Assembly: GCF_001194135.2 (NCBI RefSeq)
Contig: NC_069001.1
Location: forward strand, 11,727,490 to 11,768,962
Length of the DNA: 41,473 nucleotides
Direction of reading: 5' to 3'
DNA from: Octopus bimaculoides
Lineage: Eukaryota
Below are positions 11,961 through 23,479 of this stretch, piece after piece. Position 1 is the stretch's first letter. Each line of letters starts with the position of its first letter. Below the pieces are notes generated by a model. That model made no database searches and was not told the origin of the DNA. It was given only the letters and a program-made list of their open reading frames with translations. The position numbers were made by a program, and so were the translations under genes.

Positions 11961-12522
11961 GGGGGAAGGTGGCCAGTCGATTAGATCGACCCAGTACGCA
12001 ACTGGTACTTAATTTATCGACCCCGAAAGGATGAAAGGCAAAGTCAGCCTTGGCGGAATTTTAACTCAGAGGAATTTGAACGAAGAAGCCAGAAAACAGA
12101 AGAAAGAAGATATGCACTCAATACCAGAAGCCAGAGAACAGAATAAAGAAGATATGCACTCAATACCAGAGGCCAGAGAACAGAAGAAAGAAGATATGCA
12201 CTCAATACCAGAAGCCAGAGAACAGAAGAAAGAAGATATGCACTCAATACCAGAGGCCAGAGAACAGAAGAAAGAAGACATGCACTCAATACCAGAACTG
12301 AAGACACCTCCGAAAGGGGGACCCCGCCACGTCAAAACGGTAGAGGAGTAGGGGACGAAACCGGACGTGGTTCCTCCTGATGATGCCTTGAGCTAACTGG
12401 ATCCTATAAAGGAGATGTTGAGGTAGCAGACCACGAAGCATGGTTGCAATTCCTCCGTAAAGACAGACGAAATGCCGCTAAGAATTACGCCCGGCGTTGT
12501 AACGATTCTGCTAGCCGCCTTT
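11961..12522 (+). mobile_element. SINE family B 3' part, split by a 385-bp insertion (12071-12455)
   Basis: gtcgattagatcgacccagtac...cttggcggaattttaactcaga | cgtaaagacagacgaaatgccgctaag...; the uninterrupted equivalent is at 33017-33160. Confidence 0.85.
12085..12294 (+). repeat. 42-bp minisatellite, 5 copies
   Basis: Unit gaRgccagagaacagaagaaagaagatatgcactcaatacca starts at 12085, 12127, 12169, 12211 and 12253, with 0-2 substitutions per unit and no spacers. Confidence 0.95.
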
Positions 12523-12559
12523 AGATAATTATATTATTACTAGTAGAATAAAGCTAGGA

Positions 12560-13640
12560 TCCCAAGGCATGTAGTGTTAAATGCGTTGATATCTTAGGTC
12601 AAACAACTCTCGTGAAATCAGCATATTTTTAATATCCCACGGTAGCTTTTCTCTTTATTTTAAATGAGCTCTTCAATACGTGAAATTCTAATCTCCTGCA
12701 TCGCTAACCCTCGATTAAATCTTTAAGGATTTTCAGCTTTATCCTGAGTTGCAAGAAGTACATTTACGCTAAGTTTGTAATTAAAAGTAATAATTGCTTT
12801 GAAATACCTCTAGATTACGACTACAATACTTCTAAACCGATCGTTAAGTGCCTCTCAAATTCTTTAACATGCATCGAAATCTTCTCTAAATTATTATAAT
12901 GCATGCAAGACACATGCATTTCTTGTTGATTATGGAACGTTTAAATGAAGATTTGGAAGAATGTCCTGTCAGAAGAAAGGAAATTTGAGTTCGTTTACGG
13001 GGTTATCTAGGCGGGAAATTTCCATGGATGGGAGATGTCCGTAGCTCACCAAGGTATTATCTAATAAAAAGTAACCGTCACTCTAATATCAATCATCACG
13101 TATAACAGCAACTTCCTAACGTTCGTTTTGATCCTTCGATGGAGGCACACTAATACTTCTGGTGATTCTCCTGAGTTTACCGTATTTAGATGGATTAGAA
13201 GTCCACAGTAGCGATTTGGTTGAATATTCAGAACTGTGTATTTCGTAATTCTGCTTTATCAAGGAATGACAGTGGCGTTGTTATTCGGTTGATCAAGTAG
13301 ACGACTCTCGATATATGACTGTTAAGTATTTATATTCAATTCAGAAAGATTAATATGAGGTTGAAACCTTTTAAGTCTTATCTATCATAAGGAGAGGAAA
13401 AGAATCTCTTGTTATGATGCTCTCCATTAACATCTCTAACTCTGTATGCAAGTCAATAAACTCTTCAGAAATTAATTCCGGTTGTTCCTAAAGCATATTC
13501 GTGCGGCGACTATCTTTAGCATTATAGATACAATTTATCTTTCTGAAAGTAATATGATTACTTAGTAAACCTATATCAAGACTCATCTAATCGATTACAT
13601 CCCTTCCAGAAATTTATGACTTTGTAAAAACAATGAATTA
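12560..13640 (-). mobile_element. Possible very old Penelope-like element ORF remnant
   Basis: Fragmentary minus-strand motifs in the expected order: LSFLD (13258-13272), ELRTS...KRTQI, and a K-C-x-C-x2-C stretch near 12900. It has many stops and frameshifts, so the call is tentative. Confidence 0.35.
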
Positions 13641-14690
13641 ATAGGATTTTAGAGAGTCAGAGATGAGCACAAAAAAGAACTTTGCCGTATTTATCGTCCA
13701 TCTTTTATTTCTTTTACTTGTGTCATTCATTGAACTATAACTATGCCTTATGCCTTGGACGCTGCCAAGTGGAGTAGTTACATATACTCACCTTATTTTT
13801 AATTCTTTAAACTGATGCTTAGTCTATCAGTTGCTGTAATCGAACCCTTACGTTACGAGGACCTGTGCAAGACACCATTATTTACACGTTGTGGTGTGAT
13901 AAAAGCAAACACATACATGCATCCAAGTATATATATACATACATGCACAAACGAGCGCGCTCGCGCAAGTGTATACGACGAGGTCACACACAATTTCCGT
14001 CCACTAAAACCACTTACAATTAACTGAGCAGCTCGGGTATATAAAAGAATAGAATTTCTAAAATTCCGAGACGGGAGACTTGAGGCCGAAACAGAAACCA
14101 CATGGTTGCAAAGCAAGCTTTCTTATCCGTGCACCGCAAGTTCTGATCTAAAATCCTGTTGGGTCAACTTGGCCATTAATCATAACAAAATCGATAAAAT
14201 AAAGTACCAAATAAGTACTGAGTTCGATATAATTGAATGCTCGCTTCACAGAGTTTTCAGATATTATATCCCTGTATGCAGTCATTATCTATAAGAGAAG
14301 GTAGTTGCATGGCGGATCCGTAAGTAAGTTGTTTTTCGCTTTTTGTTTGTAAGTCCAAACCGAGATCATTAAGATTGATTTTTCCCCTTTCTAGATGCCC
14401 CTAATTAACGCTTTACCTGTCGTAAACATCCACGCGTGTTTTCACGCGTTTAACCCTTGATTCATACGTTCTGCGTAATGAATAGCTTTCCTTTCATAAG
14501 TCCATAGACACCAGGTAAATATGCCTTGATTATCACATGTGATAGACAGAACAGGCAAAGGGGAAAATTCCCTTTAATTGCTGAGATGTTCATTTAATTA
14601 ATAATCCTGATAAAAAACGTGCGGATACATATTGAAATATAATGATGGTGACAGTTCGCCCCGTCTGATAATCATGAGGAAGACGAGTAA

Positions 14691-14980
14691 GGCCTTAAGC
14701 GGCTATGTAGATCGATCCTTAAACGACAAGTTCTGATGTACTTGGGGCAAATATGTAGGCTTTGGTCAGATGGGCCTCTTGGAGACTACTCCTTTCTTTT
14801 TTGGCGTTTCTCATCCGCAGTAGTTTTTCCGGCTTGCTTACAATTGCATGCAGCAGTCTGGATGCAATATTACCTCCCTATCCTCTGCGATGCGACTCAC
14901 CCCTGTTATTTTAAGTTTTATCCCTGCCTTGGTCAGTTGGCATTTCAGCTGTTTTTTGAAACATTTTCGTAAAGCTTCAA
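14691..14980 (-). mobile_element. RTE-clade LINE ORF2 3' end
   Basis: Minus strand gives KKQLKCQLTKAGI...AEDR...ADEKRQKRKE...HICPKYIRTCRLRIDLHSRLR, resembling the RTE C-terminal 'CP.C.R.C.SRIGL.SH.R' region. Confidence 0.7.
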
Positions 14981-15599
14981 TGACTGATTTGCTCGGGCAT
15001 CGATACCATGCCACTAAAATATGATAGCCTAGATATCAGCCAGTTAAACATCACGCTGTTTTACAAGTTAAACTTAAAGAATAGTCCGCTTGATTTATAT
15101 AGGTGAGGTGTTGTGAAATGTGTGTAATGATTAAAGATATACGGAAATAATCAAAATATTAAGATCAAAATTTACGGACAATTTGTTGGGAGAAAAGAAA
15201 ACAAAGAAAATACAAACAATTAATACAGCACTCTCTTTCGTCGTCATCAATCTGAGAAAATAGAATTGTAGACGAACATGTGAGAATAAACTATTACGGT
15301 AATCAGATTATGAGAATTTTCGCAATTATTGCGAGACGTTTGTTGGTGCAAATCGATTTATCGATAACACTAAATAAAAGATCGATAATATATGTAATGA
15401 TGTGATGTATAGATGAAGCTAAACAGAAGAGACTATTGAAAATTAGAACATGAAGTCAGGTAATATTTTGCAGAACTATTTTCATCCTTTCATCTACTTT
15501 GAACTGCAGCCATCTGGGAACTACTTTGAAGGGTTTGGACCCATAACTCGACACCAGGATGTATTTTTGATGTTTAAGTTGGTATTTTCTGTATCTGTC

Positions 15600-15830
15600 T
15601 TATTTGCCAAACAAGCAGGTTTATGGGGACAGAAACAAGCAAGTGCCGTTTTTCAAGCGGTGATGGGGGACAAACAAAAGCAGAAATACCCACACATACA
15701 CACATGAAGCGCTTCTGCACAGTTTCCCCTCTATCCAATTAATTTAAACCGCATTGGTCGGTACCAAGCTACGGTAGAAGACACATGCCAAGGTGCTAAA
15801 GAGTTGATTAACCGAGACTAAATGCTTGGA
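15600..15830 (-). mobile_element. Diverged SINE family A fragment
   Basis: gggggacaaac...gcttctgcacagtttcc...cattggtcgg...gtagaagacacatgccaaggtgc is colinear with other minus-strand copies. Confidence 0.6.
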
Positions 15831-16024
15831 AATTGCTGTTCTGAAACCCGTAACCTTGTCTGCGCCCAAAGATTTAAGATATTCGTCAATCTATAGTTAT
15901 ATCGTGTGCCTAGCGTTGAGTTTCTCAGTAAATGTCAAAGCTTAATAAGACACTGCGTGCCACGTATTATCACATTGTATCACAATATCACATTGTGGGA
16001 TACTTTCTCAGGAGACTCAGTAAT

Positions 16025-16371
16025 GCTCTTGGGTCATAAGCCGCCACCAGTCTAAAGCTGCCACTTTCACTGCCGTTCTCGTCCAGGACCACCACCCTAT
16101 CATCTGGGTCCAGGAAGATAGCCCGTACTTGGAGATCTAAGAATTTCTGAAATAGCACTGTTACATCGCCTCCTGGCCCCGATAGACCACATCATCAGAA
16201 TACCTTGTAGTCCTCGAAAATGGATGACAGAGCGAGTTTTCCGGCGATTCTTGTTTTATTAATGGTAGCCATATCCAAATCAAGTGACCTGAAGTCATTG
16301 AGTGAATAATCTTGCTTCCAAGCTGATCCAAGGCCACGCACATTCACACAGCCCAATCTCAGCACGGCCAT
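16025..16371 (-). mobile_element. L1/Tx1-type LINE apurinic endonuclease N-terminal fragment
   Basis: MAVLRLGCVNVRGLGSAWKQ...FRSLDLDMATINKTR...AIFLDPDDRVVVLDENGS..SFRLVAAYDP; carries the APE 'NVRGL' and 'RLVAVYAP'-like motifs with internal stops. Confidence 0.75.
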
Positions 16372-16557
16372 TCTAGTCGGAGAAAGAAAATGAGGACGCT
16401 ACTCACCTTGGTTTCTGACCTATGCTGATAACCGAGTGTGTGAGGCCGCTTTTGTCTCCTTATCGCACAGAAATGCCCATAACTGATCTCTTCACCATCT
16501 GCCGAATCTATTTACATACCTATAGAATTTAATATATTCACCAAGCTGTCTTTCTTG

Positions 16558-16786
16558 CCCCCCCTCCTCCTCCTCCTCCTCCTCTTACTACTACTATCAT
16601 TATTATTATTAATATTATCATTTTATTTCTTTAGGGCGATGAGCTGGCAGAATCATTAGTATTTTTGTCTGCCGCTACGTTCTGAATTCAAATTCCGCCG
16701 AGGTCGACTTTGCCTTTCATCCTTTTTGGTGTCGATAAGTTAAGTACCAGAAAGGATTATTATTATTATCATTATTATCATTATCA

Positions 16787-16839
<53 letters not shown>

Positions 16840-16956
16840 GTTGTTGTTGTTCTTGTTATTTTTGCAGTTATTAATATAATTGTTATTGTTATTAAATTTA
16901 TTGTTATTATCATAAATATTACTGTTATAGTTATTATTATTACAGTTATTATTATT

Positions 16957-17024
<68 letters not shown>

Positions 17025-17025
17025 G
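16558..17025. repeat. Trinucleotide cluster (CCT)n/(ATT)n/(ATC)n interrupted by a SINE fragment
   Basis: Directly visible; explains the poly-N/D/I/M ORFs at 16717 and 16740. Confidence 0.9.
16631..16750 (-). mobile_element. SINE family B 3' fragment
   Basis: gagctggcagaatc...ttctgaattcaaattccgccgaggtcgactttgcctttcatcc is the reverse complement of the family B tail. Confidence 0.85.
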
Positions 17026-17476
17026 ACGGTCAATAATCACATGACTAAGCAAAAAAGAAAGGACTAAAAATGGCCGCGTCAGTTTTTGCATAGATGTGGC
17101 GTAGTAGTGTTAATGTGAAGGGATACCATAATTTTCTTCGTATTTTTTTGTGAATGGAGTAAAACTGGTGGCATGATTAGATAGTTAGAACATCAATTAA
17201 ATTATCTGTTTTGCCGTGACAGGAAGAAATAATTGTACGATTCTCTGTTTGTCTCTGATCACAGTGCAGAACAAAACAGACAAGAACATCCAAGTGGTTT
17301 GTGCACTGTGCACATGCACACGCGCAAACTTACGCATACGTATCCAGATAAGCATGCGCACACTCTGATATACATACCTAATATATACATAAAACATATA
17401 TACATCAACGCATTTTGAAACAAAAGCCCATTCGTCTGTTACTTTATATGTATGTTTGGGTGAATGCATACGAATC

Positions 17477-17488
17477 TATCTATCTGTC

Positions 17489-17545
<57 letters not shown>

Positions 17546-17575
17546 TTGTTTGTCTGTCTGTCTGTCTGTCTATTT
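17477..17575. repeat. (TATC)n/(TGTC)n tetranucleotide microsatellite
   Basis: Directly visible. Confidence 0.95.
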
Positions 17576-17581
17576 ATATAC

Positions 17582-17612
<31 letters not shown>

Positions 17613-17642
17613 GATGTAAATATATATGTATATATATGTATA

Positions 17643-17674
<32 letters not shown>

Positions 17675-17942
17675 GATGTAAATATATATGTATATATATG
17701 TATNNNNNNNNNNNNNNNNNNNNNNNNNNNNNNNNNNNNNNNNNNNNNNNNNNNNNNNNNNNNNNNNNNNNNNNNNNNNNNNNNNNNNNNNNNNNNNNNN
17801 NNNNNNNNNNNNNNNNNNNNNNNNNNNNNNNNNNNNNNNNNNNNNNNNNNNNNNNNNNNNNNNNNNNNNNNNNNNNNNNNNNNNNNNNNNNNNNNNNNNN
17901 NNNNNNNNNNNNNNNNNNNNNNNNNNNNNNNNNNNNNNNNNN

Positions 17943-17973
<31 letters not shown>

Positions 17974-18802
17974 CTTGTGTGTGTGTGTATTCAGGTATGT
18001 AATCATATATGCATACATACATATATATAGTTATATACACACACACGCGCCTACTAACGCAAATACCTATTGATACTCACGTACAGGTTCCATAAAAATG
18101 CACATACACACACACTTTCTCTCTCTCTCACACACACATATATACAGGTGCACGGACTAGCGTGTAATGATTAGCATCAGGAGTGAAGCTAGTATAATAA
18201 TATCCAGTTTGTATAATATGAGCGAGATTCTTCCGTTTCATTCTGTTTTATTCATTCACAGATGTAATCGGTATTATCATAGCGCTCATTAATTTGATTT
18301 ATTTGTTAGTCATTCCGAGATTTCAATGATAAATGCCGCATATTTATCGAAATGCAGATATGAGCATTCGCATGCACATGCAACATATATGCGTATCTCT
18401 TTCTCTCTCTCTCTTTATAAATATACATATANNNNNNNNNNNNNNNNNNNNNNNNNNNNNNNNNNNNNNNNNNNNNNNNNNNNNNNNNNNNNNNNNNNNN
18501 NNNNNNNNNNNNNNNNNNNNNNNNNNNNNNNNNNNNNNNNNNNNNNNNNNNNNNNNNNNNNNNNNNNNNNNNNNNNNNNNNNNNNNNNNNNNNNNNNNNN
18601 NNNNNNNNNNNNNNNNNNNNNNNNNNNNNNNNNNNNNNNNNNNNNNNNNNNNNNNNNNNNNNNNNNNNNNNNNNNNNNNNNNNNNATATATATAATATGT
18701 ATACGTATTATATGTATATAAATTATATATTCATAATTCATGCATACGTACATACATGTACCCATATAGAGACACGTACGTGTTTGCGTTCATCTATATC
18801 TG

Positions 18803-19216
18803 TAGGCGCAGGAGTGGCTGGGTGGTAAGTAGCTTACTTACCAACCAAATGGTTACGAGTTCAGTCCCACTGCGTGGCATGTTTCGGCAAGTGTCTTCTA
18901 CATATAGCCTCGCGCCGACCAAAGTCTTGTGAGTGGATCTGGTAGACAGAAACTGAAATAAGCCCGTCGTATATATACGTATATATGTGTGTATGTGTGT
19001 GTATATGTTTGTGTGTGTGGGTGTTTGTCCCCCAAACCTCGATTGATAAGCGATGCTGGTGTGTTCACGTCTCTGTAGCTTAGCGGTTCGGCAAAAGGGA
19101 CGATAGAATAAGTACTAGACTTACAAAGAATAAGTCTTGGAGTCGATTTGCTCGTCTAAAATCGGTGCTCTAGCATGGTTGCAGTCAAATGACTGAAACA
19201 AATAAAATAATAAAAG
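18803..19216 (+). mobile_element. tRNA-derived SINE, family A, full length
   Basis: Head with pol III A/B-box-like motifs (gtggctgggtgg; gagttcagtccc), central TA/TG microsatellite and A-rich tail. It is the best-preserved family A copy here. Confidence 0.92.
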
Positions 19217-19878
19217 AAAAATAGACTCAATAAATATTTTCTATAAAAATCACAAACGAGAATTTACTGCTAGTCATTTGCACACGGAATTACAACAATT
19301 GTATGAAATGTCAAATATATACTTTGCATAATACAGTTCTATATTTAAGAGATGAGGAATTATGTACAATTATTTACATTATTTACATTTGATGGGATCG
19401 CTAAGTTACTGGGACGAAAACATACCAGCTATGTTACTAGGTGTACGAATACGAACGCAAGGATTATGGAATGGAGTAAATAAAATTCGGGCTACATATC
19501 TCTCATAGCGAGCGGGACCTTAGAAGTGGTAAAGATGCAAGCGTTGTGTATACCACAGACCACACTTCAGGCCAAAGATATATTGATTAAATGAAAGATT
19601 ACCAATTCGCAAGTAGGTACATGTTGACACCTGGAAGATTGCTATACATACATACATACATACATACATACATACATACATACTCATACATATACATACA
19701 CATACATCTGCACATCTGCACATGCGTGTATACATACATTACCAGACACACAGACGCACACACAGACACACAACACGCACAGTTACACATTTGCATCTTT
19801 GTACAGACATATATGCACATACATTCGCTTTAACACCTGCAGCGTGGAACACCGTGCGGTGGGAAGTTAGTCGCCAAC

Positions 19879-19944
<66 letters not shown>

Positions 19945-21710
19945 ATGCATGTATATATAGTGTGTGAGAGAGAGAGAGGGAAAGACGGGTAGTAATTGTT
20001 GATTGCATGAAGTATATCTTCGGTATTTTATGAACGGTCATAGACACAATCTCACTCCTCTGACATTTGACTTAATTGCCCCAGAAATATATGACAACTG
20101 GCATGAGAGAAAGATAGACCCTCACTCAACTACGACTTATTTGCGCAGAACAGCTTCTTCGACCGTGAAAGAAAGTGCCGATCTAAAGGAAACAATGCAT
20201 CACCTGGTCTCGGTAGCGATTCGCTGAGCTCTTGATCATAAACCTAATGATCTAATGCGTCGGTCCTGTTTAGAATATGTCTAATGATGATAAATTACTC
20301 TAATTGTCGGTACATATTTTATAAAAGTTATCAAATTGTCTTAAACATGAATAAATATATAAATATAGCATTGCTTGTATGTCCTTCAAAATATTTTAAG
20401 AGAAAAATGTAGTCAAAAGAAGTTCGGAACCCAGAGGACAATCATTGAGAAATCGAAATATCATAAAATGTAAAAATATTAAAGAAAAATTGTGTCAATA
20501 AAATATGAGTGAAATAACCGCCATTTTCGACAGCATGGTTATAATAATTTTCTTGAAAAATCGATATTCTAACTGAATTAAAGTTCCAATTTTTTTTTGT
20601 GTTTTCCTGATTATGGAAGGGATATAAATGTGCTTCGTTCATACTATAAAATAATGTCGTGATAAACGATGGGAATTTTATAGCATACAGTTATGTTTGC
20701 CGTGTCCCATCATTGATTTTAGGATAAAACCGGAAGAAGAAACAGTTGACCTAATATTAACGTGTATGTTAATGGATGAAAACGAGGAAGAAAAAAATGT
20801 TCGCTATGATAATAATATGGCCTCTCTTTGAATATTTTTCCAAGAATTTCTGTTGTTTTAAAAATATGTGATTGTATTTTTACAATACAATGCTTGGCAG
20901 AATTTGCGTTACTAAATATTATAGTTTTCAGAAATTGCTTCAGAGACACACAATTTTCAAAGTAATAATATAGCTTTTAGAAACTGTGTCTTTATGAAAT
21001 AACATGTGGGAAACGTATTACTCGATATATTTATGCGTGGGCGTAAAAGTATTTAAGATTATGTTAGGATGTACATACATTAAAATCACTGGCAGAAGAG
21101 AAAAACGTTTAAATAAAATTGCTACTGAATTGCAGATATTTTTTTTTAATTCACAAAAATATTAATAAAAAAAAACAAAAACAATTCGATATATATCTCA
21201 TACCACTAAAAGTCCTTTCCTATTAGTTTTATATTTCTTAAAAAAACTGTTTAGATATATAAAACTTAGGAATATAACAGTTTAAAAGAAAAATGTACAG
21301 CCAAAAGAAGTTTGAAACCCAAGGGACAATCATTGAGAAATCGAAATATAAAATGTAGAAATATTAAACTATAAATAATAAGAGGAGGGTATACATGACA
21401 TTCAATGTTATGCTGATATAAACGAATAAAGTATAGACAACTCATTTGAACCGTCTATCATTAGACAAGATGACAGCAATTATCAAATAAATTGGTCAAT
21501 ATTTTAACATATCTTGAGCTACGAGCTATTGATTTCCTTCATCGATCATGTGGCAAGAAAACTACAATCTAAAAAGCATTTCTATGTATAACCTGAATAT
21601 ATTTTACCCCCGTAAACTACAATACTCTGCACTATGTTTAATAAATCGGGTTGCCATGACAACGTGCGTAAATAAATCTGGTTCTCTATACGGTCTGAAT
21701 GCGAAGATAT

Positions 21711-22094
21711 GTTGTTGGCTCTCCGTCGCTTACGACGTCGAGGGTTCCAGTTGATCCGATCAATGGAACAGCCTGCTCGTGAAATTAACGTGCAAGTGGC
21801 TGAGCACTCCACAGACACGTGTACCCTTAACGTAGTTCTCGGGGATATTCAGCGTGACACAATCTGACAAGGCTGACCCTTTTTATTACAGGCACAACAG
21901 AAACAGGAAGTAAGAGTGAGAGAAAGTTGTGGTGAAACAGTACAGCAGGGTTCGCCACCAACCCCTGCCGGAGCCTCGTGGAACTTTAGGTGTTTTCGCT
22001 CAATAAACACTCACAACGCCCGGTCTGGGAATCGAAACCGCGATCCTATGACCGCGAGTCCGCTGCCCTAACCACTGAGCCATTGCGCTTCCAC
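21711..22094 (-). mobile_element. tRNA-derived SINE, family C, full length with 11-bp TSD
   Basis: Minus strand: A box TGGCTCAGTGG (22072-22082), B box GTTTCGATTCC (22028-22038), (AAC)n tail. TGCGAAGATAT is duplicated at 21700-21710 and 22095-22105. Confidence 0.92.
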
Positions 22095-22751
22095 TGCGAA
22101 GATATATACAGGGTGAAAATGTAGAACGAGTTTCGTTGCATAATGTAAATACAGAAGTAAATTTACAGGTGCTCGAAAGGACTAACAATTATACAGGATT
22201 TTACTAGGGCTTCTCTACAGCATCAATATAAAGGTGAACCTCTGCATAATACAGTTCTTTGAAAGACACTTTGAAGCAATACCTACTCTTCGAAGCATTT
22301 CCCACTACACCCTTCAAGGTGGTATCACAGCATATTCGTAGCAAAATGATTGCTACAGAGAGAAAAATGAATAAATTTCAAAGTAGGTAGATGTGATGTG
22401 CTTTATACAGTAATATACGAACATAAAACTAAGAAAAAATCTTTCATATTCTACTAATATAACATACAGAGTAATCATTTTGTCTTTTGAACAACATTGT
22501 CAAAAATTAAATGATTCTATAGAGAATTATGGTGAAACTATGGTGATGAACAATTGCAAATTAATAACGATAATTTAATTAGCATTTCAAGTATATGTAT
22601 AATGCAAAAGTGATGTCTGCAGATATGAAAATGAAACATTTTAATTAAATTTAGATTATATATACATTAACAAGAAATACGACAATGAGCATTGGTTCAA
22701 GTAATAGGACACAATCCGACAGAAACATATACATATAGATATATGTATATA

Positions 22752-22796
<45 letters not shown>

Positions 22797-23083
22797 NNNN
22801 NNNNNNNNNNNNNNNNNNNNNNNNNNNNNNNNNNNNNNNNNNNNNNNNNNNNNNNNNNNNNNNNNNNNNNNNNNNNNNNNNNNNNNNNNNNNNNNNNNNN
22901 NNNNNNNNNNNNNNNNNNNNNNNNNNNNNNNNNNNNNNNNNNNNNNNNNNNNNNNNNNNNNNNNNNNNNNNNNNNNNNNNNNNNNNNNNNNNNNNNNNNN
23001 NNNNNNNNNNNNNNNNNNNNNNNNNNNNNNNNNNNNNNNNNNNNNNNNNNNNNNNNNNNNNNNNNNNNNNNNNNNNNNNNNNN

Positions 23084-23139
<56 letters not shown>

Positions 23140-23231
23140 TATAGGTTAAAGACAGGTGTTCTCTATGTAGAATACACTTCGAAGTGCTCAAGACATTTGA
23201 ACATGACCCAATAATGAGTAAATGTATTGAC

Positions 23232-23400
23232 AAGTTCAGTCCCACTGTGAAGCAAATTGAGCAAGTGTCTTCTACTATAGCCTCGGGCCGTCCAAAGCCT
23301 TGTGAATGGATTTGCTAGATGGAAACTGAAAGAAGCCTGTGGTATATTTATATATATTTCTGTGTGTGAGTGTGTGTGTGTGTGTTTGTGCGTGTGTGTC
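23232..23400 (+). mobile_element. SINE family A 5' fragment
   Basis: agttcagtcccactg...gcaagtgtcttctactatagcctcgggccg...ggaaactgaaagaagcc followed by (TG)n. Confidence 0.85.
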
Positions 23401-23479
23401 TGTGCAGATAAAACTGGAAATTTTTATCATATGGAACCAAAGGGATATATATCATTAATTAAAAATAAAAAAAATACAA

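Noticed and set aside
12085-12294. 42-bp repeats as a CRISPR array or a real repeat protein (ORF 12031-12351)
   Set aside because: The repeats are contiguous with no spacers, the context is eukaryotic, and the ORF start lies inside a SINE. It is open only because the unit is a multiple of 3 and stop-free.
13190-13235. Minus-strand RYCGLLI resembling telomerase RT motif E (WCGLLI)
   Set aside because: An isolated 6-residue match with no other TERT motifs, in a different frame from the FLD motif; best treated as chance.
16140-16196. Minus-strand CTGATGA...GAAA
   Set aside because: It lies inside the LINE endonuclease coding remnant and stems I and II do not pair.
22020-22093. tRNA gene
   Set aside because: A and B boxes are present but there is no acceptor-stem closure. 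It continues into a 300-bp body with a tail and TSD, so it is a SINE head.
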